20,000 nucleotides of DNA, taken from contig JAVECO010000125.1 in assembly GCA_051942205.1 (NCBI GenBank), forward strand, positions 49,027-69,026, read 5' to 3'. The position numbers and the translations under genes were made by a program. This document shows positions 1 to 9,552 of the stretch, piece by piece; position 1 is the first letter of the stretch; each line of letters starts with the position of its first letter. The stretch comes from Coniocarpon cinnabarinum (lineage: Eukaryota). Below the pieces are notes generated by a model. It saw nothing but the letters and a program-made list of their open reading frames with translations, did not search any database and was not told the origin of the DNA.

Positions 1-1447
1 TGCGATTTGTGTGGTCTATACGGGAGACCACGATGTGAATAAGGCACAGATGATCAAGCGGGTCCAAGTATGCCCAATTCCCCAGCGGCATCGGCTCCCC
101 CGGGCAGAGCTATGCTCTCGAATGACAGGCACACTGACGTGCTCTACTCACTAGGAACGTTTCAACATACCACTCGAGTCTTCGTCTCTTCACTTTCTGT
201 ACCCTACGACTCGATCCTACGTCCTCCCACAGACATGGCCCCGCTTCACACTTCTTGGTCAGTCCTTTGGCTCACTGATCCTCGCTTACGACGCACTGTC
301 CCTTCTCACGCCCGACATCTTCATCGACACCATGGGCTATGCCTTTGCGCTCTTCCTCTGCAAGTCCGTGCTTCCTGACGTACCCTGTGGTGCCTATGTG
401 CACTATCCCACGATTTCAACAGACATGCTAGACTCGCTGAATGTGATCGATGTGCACGCAGGAAAGGGTGGCATTCACGCAGGACGGGGAACGGGATGGC
501 GGGGTCAAGCGAAGCGTGTATACTGGCGGATATTCGCAGCGTTGTACTCGTGGGCTGGCGGTCATGTGGATGTGGTCATGACCAATTCGACATGGACACA
601 AGGACATATCACGCAGCTCTGGTCGAAAGTCCGGACACGCCGAAATCCGAATGCCACACCCATTGAGGTCGTTTTCCCACCGTGTGCCGTCGATGAGCTG
701 GAGGATGCTGTGGAGGTGAGTGCTGCCTCTGAGGCGAGAAGGACAGAGAGTTGTGTCTACATTGCGCAGTTCCGCCCGGAGAAGAATCATCAAATGGTCC
801 TGAGAGCGTTTGCACGACTGCTGCAAGCCCTGAAAATTCCTTCGCCCAACAGCTCACGGACTAACTCACCTTCAAAACAAACCAGCGCCAACGATGCCAC
901 GAGAACGACTGGCGAAGAATACGATAAAACCAGACATCCCCACCTCACACTCATTGGATCTGTCCGCGATAGTACCGACGAGACATACATCTACTCCCTC
1001 CGCCTTCTCGCACACGAACTCCACATCACACATGCCGTCACTTTCCTCCTTAACGCCTCCTGGCCATCCATCCTCGACCAACTCCGAACCGCCACCATCG
1101 GTCTCAACGCCATGTGGAACGAGCACTTTGGCATTGGCGTCGTCGAGTATCAAGCCGCGGGCCTCATCTCCGTCGTGAATGACTCCGGTGGCCCCAAGCT
1201 GGACATCGCCAAGCCCATGCATGAAGACGGTGATGGAGGGACGGGCCTGACGGGGTTCCATGCGAGTGATGAGAAAGGATATGCAGACGCCTTAGAGAAG
1301 GCATTGGCCTTGCCTGAGGAGGAGAAACTGCGAATGAGAATGCGAGCACGGCGGAGTGCGAAGGGCTTTGGAGAGCGCCCTTTCGAGGAGCGGTGGTTGA
1401 GGAGTTTGAGTGAGCTTGTGAAGCTGAGATTACAGAGGCATGTATGA
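1..1447 (+). CDS. ALG11: GDP-Man:Man3GlcNAc2-PP-Dol alpha-1,2-mannosyltransferase (GT4), 5'-partial; exons <1..67, 155..1447
   Basis: Exon 1 reads AICVVYTGDHDVNKAQMIKRVQ. The intron 68..154 is GTATGC...CTGAC...CTAG, phase 0. Exon 2 continues ERFNIP..WPRFTLLGQS..PDIFIDTMGYAF..YVHYPTISTDML..NSTWT..IAQFRPEKNH..MWNEHFGIGVVEYQAAG..SGGPKLDI, which are hallmark Alg11 motifs. Stop TGA at 1445-1447. Confidence 0.95.
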
Positions 1448-1789
1448 GATACCCATGGTGTTGAAGCTCGATCACTCGAGTATTATAGGACCAATCGATT
1501 CGACTAGACGTCGGTGACCAGACTCCGATCGCTTGAGGACCGTGGTACCATGAATTCTTTTGCGTGATTGGTGGCCTAAGCGTAGAGTCCCTATCAAGCC
1601 TGTCGAGGCCACGTCATTGACGTCGTAGTTACATAAACGGGAAGATTCGTGGGCCGGGACGAGGTCATTGACCGTGTCGACTTCTGGGTTCAAGAATACT
1701 TATATCCCCAACAACCCCCCTAGATATCAACCTCAAAGGCTGGATCCTCCAGAATGTGTTCAATTCATAGATTGGCATCCTGATAAGTA

Positions 1790-3110
1790 GGCTGCCGTAT
1801 GAGACACCCCTACAGTTAATCCTTAGATCCTTTGAGTACTAGATTATCGAGAAACCCTGCAAGAATGTGGTAAGGCCTGTGGTAAGACCTGGGACGTTGC
1901 CCATGAAGGTCTCAAAGTCCGATTGAACGATATGCTGAATGTATTGTAGCAGCAGACGCACGAAACGTAAGTTTCCAAGTGAATCCTTGGCTTACTAGAG
2001 AGTACCAGGGCACTGAAAAAGTCTACGAGAATGTGGCAAAACGAGGGGTAGCCACGGTGAAACTTTCAATGGTCACGAGAACAACGTTATGTTTCCGCTG
2101 CTGCATAAGACACCCACGAGATAAGTCCTCAGCGTGAATGATCGGATTACTGGAGTATGACGGCACCTGGGAAGTCTGCGAGATTGTGGCAAATCATGAG
2201 GATATCCGCGTGAAGTCTTCCAAGCTTATGACGCTGACTTCGTGGTCCTGCTCCTGTATCAGACATCCATGGCGTGAATTCTTAGCTTGAAATCCAGGAC
2301 TGTCTCAGTAGCAGCGCACTGGAAAAGTCTGCGAGATCGTAGCAAAAGAACGGAGGGTCTCGGTAAAGTCTTACAAGCTTACGACAACGACATTGAAGTT
2401 CTAAGGTTGTGCAAAACGCCAATATCGCTCACTCAGATTACTGGAGTAGTACGGACCTGAAAAAGCAGGCGAGCATGCGGTAAATCGCGGGCAAGCCGCC
2501 CTAAAGCTTCAAAAGTTCATGACAGCGACCGTATACCTCTGCTGCTGTATAAGACGCTTATGTCATAGGAAAATCAGATTACTGGAATAAGATAGAGCTG
2601 GGAACGTCTACGAGAATGGGGCAAAAGAATAGGGAGTCCTCATGAAGTCTTTCAAGCTCATGACATTGACGTGATGGGCTGGCTGCTTCACAAGGCATCC
2701 ACACTTGTGGATTATCAAGCCGTTTGAGTACTAGAGCCGCAGGGACTGCTTCGAAAATGTGGCAATACAGTGGGGAGTGCCTATTAAGTTCCTACAATAC
2801 AGGATAATAACGATATCTTTGTGCTGATGAATGAGACCTTTACAATACTTGATCCTGGATTGTTTGAGTCCTACAGGACCAATCAATGCTTCGAGAAAGT
2901 GCTGCTATAGCGGGGAGTCACTCTCAAGTCCGCAAGAAACGAGACAACCACGTTATGGTTGCGCGGATGTACGGGACTTTTTACCTTGTTCAAAACTTGA
3001 ATCTCTAGAGGAATATAGAGCCAAAATATTCTTCCATAAACTAGCAACACAACGCGATATTCCTATAAAGTCTGCAAACTCCACGGCAATAACGTTGCAG
3101 TTACGCTGGA
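1790..3110. repeat. Degenerate tandem repeat array, ~9 units of ~138-166 bp
   Basis: A CGAGAATGTGGCAAA-like anchor recurs at 1860, 2026, 2179, 2332, 2470, 2611, 2752, 2892 and 3034. C(A/G)GATTACTGGA(G/A)TA occurs at 2143, 2434 and 2575. T(G/A)AAGTCTT(C/A/T)CAAGCT(T/C)A(T/C)GAC occurs at 2211, 2364 and 2643. No long ORF spans the array. Confidence 0.85.
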
Positions 3111-4112
3111 CCTCTCATTGGCCAGGAGCTGAAGCAGGTCGATGAAACAGTATATAGACGAGATGCAATTGCTTGATTTGCCATCTTTCTGCGTATATAG
3201 CCTCCCAACCAATGAGACAGTTGCAAGGAGGTTCAGTATGCGGAATGATAGGTGAAGGAGACGCCTGTCAAAAGCCCGATTCACGCCTGTTCGCCTACAG
3301 CTCCGCGCAAGGCTATGCAATCAATGTACTCCGTGCATACTGCTTCAGCTTCTCGGAGAGGGCATTGGAGACTCTTCATGCACGTTTCAACGGTGTAGCC
3401 AATCATTATTGCCGGTACCTGATCATATGATCGTGTAGGTAGCTGAATCTCGATTTCACCACGATGATGATCATCTTTGACATCTTTCAAGCCCTTCAAA
3501 AGCTTCTTCTACGCATCATAGCTGCATTTCAAGGCTTCTCCTCGCATAAAACTCCAATAATTTCACGAAACACCGACGCAGTGACTTGTCTAAGGCTTGT
3601 AAACGTTAGCGCACGTCCTATTCGACCACATTGCTCTTCAACCACAATTATGGGCAGTGAATTGAGCAATGTTGACCGCAGTGATGCGATGATAAGAGGA
3701 AAGGAAAGGAAAAGCAGACGAAAGCCATGACTAGCTTGCCGTCTAACGCTTTAACAGGCCTACCTCGCGTCCTCTGAATTTGCATTGAGGCGCTTTTTGG
3801 TGGCAAAAACGCTCAATATGCTGTTGATAGACCATACGAAGATGTGCTTCAAGATCATGCGTGCGCGCGAGCTGTCTGTGAGGATGTGTAGCTGTCTATG
3901 TCTGCAAAGATGTCCAAAAGGCCGGACGGTCGGGGAGGCAACCCCCTCCTTCAAGGTGATAGAATCTGCTTGGTGCGGGTTTTACGGGAAATTAACATGG
4001 CGTACACCTCTTGAGAGTGAGAGGCAGAAATCCGCTCGCCCACCTTAAAGCAGCCCACAACAATTTTCACCTTCGCCTCTACCTCAATCACGCCCATTGT
4101 CAACTCCTCGCC

Positions 4113-5343
4113 ATGGCGGCCGAGGACGTGCAACTCACGCCGCTCAATGAGATCCGGGCACCGCCGCCAACCTGGAGAGCCGCAGCAAGAATCCTCCTGG
4201 ATGCCGGCCTCACTACTGACGACGTGGTTTCCTTGTTTGAAGCCACCAAGCACAACAAGTACCACCAGCGGCGTGAAGACGCCACACGCTTGCTGTTCAA
4301 TCACAACTACTCAAGAGGGCAGATTGAGGAGTTGTTGGGCCACAGGGCCGGCGCTGTTGTGATGGAGCGAACCTCCAACAGTGTCCCTGCGGTAAATCTG
4401 AACAAAGATTTACCGCCGCTGCCAGTCAAGTAAGCAAACCTCCCCTTCCTACAGCTTAATGGCATAAGCGGCATGGTACAGGCCGTGATATTCCAGAAAG
4501 CTGAGCTTTTAACACCGAGAATGTCATTGCTGACCCTGTTTCCTTAGTGACGAAGACGACCTCGAAGCCGTGAGGGCACGCTGGGGACACAGAGCCCCGA
4601 AACGCACTAACTTGACAGTGTTTCCGACCATATCGGAGAGAGACCTGCCATTGAAAGTGGACCCGCCACTTAAAAAAGGCCCCCAAGTTGCCACCGAGCA
4701 ACGTCCTCCTCCAACAGCGCAACGCAAGGCAGGCCACAGCCTTGTGAAAGCAGCATCGCAGTTCTTCAGCCGAAAGGCGAAGACGTCAGAGCCAGCAAAA
4801 GGCGTCGAGACCAACGACGACCTCGCCGAGGATCCACAGGACCCGGCCATGACGTTCGAACTGCCAGATTTTCGCCTATCACTGGCGAATCCTCTCGTAA
4901 CTGGACCGATGGGTGGCAGCATGGGACCAAAAGTCCCAGCAAAGCACAACATCAGGGCTCTGAAGAAGCCCTGGGACCCATCAAAGGCTTCTGCGTCGGG
5001 GAAGACCAGTGAAGACGCAACGGCAACGGAGTCGACTGGAGCAGCCACGACCAAGAGCCCAGGCCAGGTCAGTGGCGCAGAAGAAATGTCAGCAGAACCG
5101 CAAAAGCCTCAACAAGTGGCTTTTGATGACAATGAACCACGATCACGCTGGTCTGCAGACACCGAGTCGCTATTGGCTGAGCGACCGAGGACTTTCTTTG
5201 GGTCGGTGGCAAGGAAATTTCGCGTCGATGTCAAGAAAGCTCCAAGAAAGTCGAAAAGTACGCCGAATTTTGCTATTAAACGCGCTGTCGACACAGAACC
5301 TTCCTCGTTTTTGCCAGCTGCAAATCTCCTGGATCCTCAGTAG
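4113..5343 (+). CDS. Hypothetical protein, ~370 aa; exons 4113..4429, 4548..5343
   Basis: ATG in GCCATGG context at 4113. Intron 4430..4547 (GTAAGC...GCTGAC...CCTTAG, phase 2) joins ORF 4011-4433 in frame to ORF 4570-5343 (junction ...PPLPVN-DEDDLEAVRARWG...). No recognisable domain; mostly low-complexity K/P/A/S/T sequence. Confidence 0.7.
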
Positions 5344-6355
5344 AGATGGAACTGCACAAATATGACGACATCCTCGACCATCGTCCCGAGACTTCCAAGC
5401 AGCCATGGTATATTTGTTATCACGTATTGTCGATCCAAGGAATGAGCCAGAATACCAGCCCCATAAGTGAGATTCCCAAGGAGCGACAAAAGAAAGAACA
5501 AAAGAGAGAGACCCTCGCATGATTTTTCACGATAATTTTTGATGATTTGAGGGATTCGAGCTCCTAAGTAGAGGATTGCACTCAGATACCCAAGCAGCTC
5601 TGCACCCAAAGGAGTCTCTTCCTCGTCTCCAGCAATGTCCTCCGGCGCCGGGATCGGCATCCATAATTTCGACTTGTAACATATGAGCCACGCAAGAGTG
5701 CCAACCACACAAACACCCAGAATACATCCAGCGTTCACCAAGGTCGCCTGCAGGGTGTTCCTCCGCTTCCGAAGATGTGGCTCGCCAGCTGCCGAGTCAC
5801 CCAGATTTCCATTCGAATTTCCTCTTGAACGCCTGTGCGATCCAGGAACACCTATTGATGAATATGAACGACGACTGTCCTGCCTGGAAAGAAGTGGCTG
5901 CTCCGGGCTTTGATTATCCAGACTCGCACCATCTCCTTGATCAGAATATCGCCTGGGGAAGATATCATCCGGACTTCCATCCTCGTCCAGAATCTCGCCG
6001 GCTTCCTTGCCTTCTCCAGCCCAGTACCGATAATAGAAGCATTGCAAAATCAATATTGAGTCGCTCAGACAGAAGTATAGGGCCAGAACAATAACGGTGG
6101 GAACCAGACCAGCCCAGACGCCGCCGACCAGGTTGAATACATCACCGAGAGCCCATATGAACAAGAAGAGAAGAGAGACACCGTCTCCAGACTGATTGCA
6201 ATAATTCTCGTACAGTTGAGGAATCTGCAGAAACGCATTAGCATGGATGACCTCGAGAGCTGGGCAAGATTGTGAATCACAAGAAGGAAGACCCAAGATG
6301 CTAGTGAGATAGAGCCAAAGATGCCACTCAAGGCTTCATGAATCGTCAGCTCCAT
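5337..6355 (-). CDS. PQ-loop vacuolar membrane transporter (Ypq1/Rtc2/PQLC2-like, cationic amino acids), ~320 aa; exons 6355..6281, 6224..5337
   Basis: Exon 1 reads MELTIHEALSGIFGSISLASWVFLL. Intron 6280..6225 is GTGATT...GCTAAT...TGCAG. Two PQ-loop repeats follow (IPQLYENY..GDGVSLLFLFIWALGDVFNL and ARIPQIIKNYREKSCEGLSLLFFLLSLLGNLTY). The cytosolic loop carries a dileucine-like EQPLL. Confidence 0.92.
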
Positions 6356-6679
6356 GTATTGCCTTTGCCTGAAATGTTTGCCCACTGTGCTTGTAACCCG
6401 TCACCCCGTGAGACTTCGACGCTGGGCCGGAAAAGTTCGCCCCCGCGTCGTCCTGCACACACGCTTGTACAAACTAGGTCAGACGTCAACCTCGCTACCT
6501 TGATTTGCCCAGCGTCGAACACCAGCAAGTCGCCTCGTCGCCACGGCGCGCTTTGCTCCAACTTGACGAGCTATGCTTGCAACGGCCTTCCCATCAGCTA
6601 TTTCCTGTCGTAGCGGCTTGCAGCGTCTTCTCCCACCTTGAGCCCGTCGTAGGCATTACGAGAGGCGCACTTCCCCGCC
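6356..6679. promoter_or_regulatory. Short divergent (probably bidirectional) promoter between the PQ-loop gene and palA
   Basis: Only 324 bp separate the two head-to-head ATGs (6355 minus, 6680 plus). Confidence 0.55.
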
Positions 6680-9283
6680 ATGGCCGCCTCGTGAGTTGGG
6701 CAATTTGTTGGTCTCATTGAAAGCGTGTTGATGTACTCTCACAGAAACATCTTGAACCTGGACTTCCGTCGCACCCACGCGGTTTCGCTGTCCGCAGCAA
6801 TCAAGCAGTACATCTCGACCAAGTATGACCAGCACCCGGACATGTTTACTGCCGATTTTGAGACAATTGAAAAGTTGAGAACCGACGCCGTGACCGTGCT
6901 GGAGCCACACAACAGTGGCATTCGACGGGTGCAGCTTTACGTTGCTCAGCTTGTTTGGCTGACTACAAAGTTCCCCATCGACATTGGAGCGGACTTCACT
7001 TGGTACTCCTCCTTGGGCTACCAGAACAACACCGCGTTTTCTCAGAACAATCTCAAGTTCGAATTGGCGAACATCATCTTCAATCAGGGCGTCCTGTACT
7101 GCCAAATTGCTGCTACATCCAATCGATCAACCGCAGATGGGCTGAAAACTGCAGCGAATTTCTTTTGTCTTTCAGCCGGGGTGTGGTCACACTTGCAGAA
7201 TGAAATTATACCAGGCATGCAGTCAACAGCGCCTGACGACATGGATCCAGCAACGTTGGAGTGCCTCCAGCAGCTCATGCTCGCTCAAGCTCAGGAATGC
7301 TTCTGGCAGAAGGCCGTGAAAGATAATATGAAGGATGGTATTATTGCGAAGCTGGCTGCAAAAGTGACTGATCTATATCAAGTGGCGGCAGACTGGGGGG
7401 TCAAGTCAGAAACAATCAGCTCAGAATGGATTCACCACATGTCCGCAAAGCACCACCACTTCGCCGCCGCTGCACAGTTTCGGGCTGCGTGCGACTGTCT
7501 GGAGAGGCGCAAGTACGGCGAGGAAATTGCTCGTCTGCGAGACAGTCTAACATGCGCGGGTGAAGGATTGAAAGAAGCCAGGTATATCAGCAAGTCGGTC
7601 AGTGGTGACTTGAATGGATTGAAGATGAAGGTTCAAGATGACCTCAAGCGGGCTGAGAAAGACAACGATGTGATTTACCTGCAGCCAGTGCCGACCAAGA
7701 CAGAATTGCAGACCCTGGAAAGAGCAAGCATGGTCAAGCCCAATATCACCAAAGGCTTAGCTGAACCTGTTGCGCAGATGGGGGAGAATGGTCCACTGGG
7801 AAAGCCGCTATTTGCGAAGTTGGTCCCTTACTCGGTGCACATAGCAGCAAGCATCTATGAGAACCGTCGTGACCAGAAAGTGAACGGCATACTGCAGGAG
7901 CTTGAAATGCTGAACGCTAGCATTCATGACACCTTGAAATCACTGAATCTACCAGGGTCTCTGCAAGCTCTCGAGAAACCACTTGGGCTACCTCCAGGTA
8001 TTGTCTCACACGCAGAAGAGATACGGCAACAAAATGGTCTTCATCGCCTAAGCAGGACCCTGGACGACATCGACAAGCTTCGTAGCAGTGACAAGTCTAC
8101 TTTCCAAGAGGGCAAGAACATCTTACAGGTTGAAGCCGCAGAGGACAATGCAGCCCGCAAGAAGTACGGAACAGATCGATGGGCTCGGTCTGACTCACAC
8201 CAGGCTGCGAACCACCTTTATGGGCAGGCTACGGATATTGAAGGGTATTTCAAGGCTGCAGAGTCTAGCGATTCAACAGTCAGGGAGAAGATGCAGGCCA
8301 ATGAAGCACTTATTCGACTTCTGAATGGAACTGATCGTGACCTAGAAGATTTTGTACCAAGCAGCAAGCGTGTCAAGCTCAACGTCCAGACCGAGAAAGA
8401 CATTACTCGTGTGCGCGACGGCCTGAACCGATTGAGTAGATTACAAACTCGTCGTAAGCAAAAGGTGGAATCGCTGCGGTCAAAGGCACAAGCCGATGAT
8501 GTGAATCCGGAGTTGATCAAGGAGGCGTCACGATTGGAGTGCCAGAATCCCATGGAACGTTTGGAGGCGGTTCAATTTGAAGACTTCTTCGACCAAAGAC
8601 TGGAGCGATACAATGTGGATAAAAAGCTTCCTCGTGAAGAACAGCAAGAGCAGCAAGATCTACTTTCTCAACTCAAGGAAGCAAACGCTGCCTTTGTCGC
8701 CGCGAAAAGTGGAGACATGTCAACCAAAGATCGTGAACAGGCCTTGCAACGATTGGACAATGCTTATTTCGCCTTTAAAGAGATCATTCAGAACCTCGAC
8801 GTCGGCCGCAAGTTTTATAACGACCTCGCTCCAATCGCCGCCAAATTCCGCGATGACTGTCGGACATTTGGGTACTCGAGACGCGCCGAGGCCACCCAGC
8901 TTGAAAGCGATATCGTCAACGCCCTACCCATGTCGAGCCTTCATATGCAGGCGTCGCCTCCTCCAACAGAGCTTTCACCGCAACGACAGCCCCGCACACA
9001 CACCGGGAATCAACAGCATGCCTACGTTGACCGCCCACCACCGCGTGAGGCACCTCTTACAGCACCGAAGCCTGTAAAACCGTCCAATCCTATTGCCATG
9101 CACGAAACACCCCCTGAGGAAGATGCTGTGGACGGGCCCGATCCCTCAGGCGTTGGAATCTGGTCCCCGGAGAAGGGTATCAAGTTTGGACGAGACCAGC
9201 CTTCCGGAACGAAAACTAATGGTGCAGCAGGGCCAGGGACTGATGGACGCTGGGATCCGAGCCGTGGGATGAGGTTTGGCTAG
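6680..9283 (+). CDS. palA: pH-response regulator PalA/Rim20 (BRO1 + ALIX V domain + Pro-rich tail), ~849 aa; exons 6680..6690, 6745..9283
   Basis: The 11-nt first exon ATGGCCGCCTC and intron 6691..6744 (GTGAGT...ACAG) give MAASNILNLDFRRTH. BRO1 motifs: ISTKYDQHPDMF, LMLAQAQECFWQKAVKD, YGEEIARL, AEKDNDVIYL. V-domain motifs: LNLPGSLQALEKPLGLPP, GRKFYNDL. Confidence 0.95.
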
Positions 9284-9507
9284 GTTGCTGTGTGGTCACC
9301 AGCCTGACGGGTGGTTGCATGAAAACGAGATGATGACTCCGTGGGCGTGACGGAGGTATGACATTACGTCAGAAGTAGATCGAGTGCTGGTGATAGCCCA
9401 AGCGCAGAGCACTGCATACGTATTGCAAAGGGGACTCTCGAGTCCTGCCCCAAGTAGATACCTACTCTACGTGGGTACATACCTACCGTACCCCCCGGGC
9501 CCGTCTG

Positions 9508-9552
9508 CCTGGCGGACTACAGCCTGGGGTGGCTGAGCGGCACCACAGCCTC
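9508..9552. promoter_or_regulatory. Cluster of CDRE-like (Crz1-binding) elements plus one PacC consensus site upstream of crzA
   Basis: TACAGCCTG 9518-9526, GTGGCTGAG 9529-9537 and CACAGCCTC 9544-9552 all contain the Crz1 core GGCTG/CAGCC. CCTGGC 9508-9513 is GCCAGG on the minus strand. Confidence 0.45.

Noticed and set aside
1960..2600. Repeat array as a live multi-exon gene (GTAAGT at 1967; minus-strand GTAATC at the GATTAC blocks)
   Set aside because: Implied plus-strand introns are only ~32-35 nt, and putative exons on both strands still contain stops.
1790..3110. Repeat array as a CRISPR-like locus
   Set aside because: Eukaryotic context, no cas genes, and whole units are homologous and degenerate rather than identical repeats with unique spacers.
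2831..3145. 104-aa ORF as an independent gene
   Set aside because: It reads through repeat units 8-9 and changes repeat phase midway; no recognisable protein features.
3150..4050. Short ORFs or a possible minus-strand gene relic
   Set aside because: Some fragments look vaguely protein-like, but I found no consistent frame, splice model or recognisable motif.
6656..9077. Antisense and alternate-frame ORFs within palA (likewise within ALG11, crzA, AVT2 and HLJ1)
   Set aside because: Shadow ORFs expected from codon bias in GC-rich genes; no independent features.
9380..9450. Short inverted repeats after palA (AGTGCT..AGCACT; GGACT-CTCG-AGTCC)
   Set aside because: Stems of 5-6 bp are at chance level, and hairpin terminators are not a Pol II feature.
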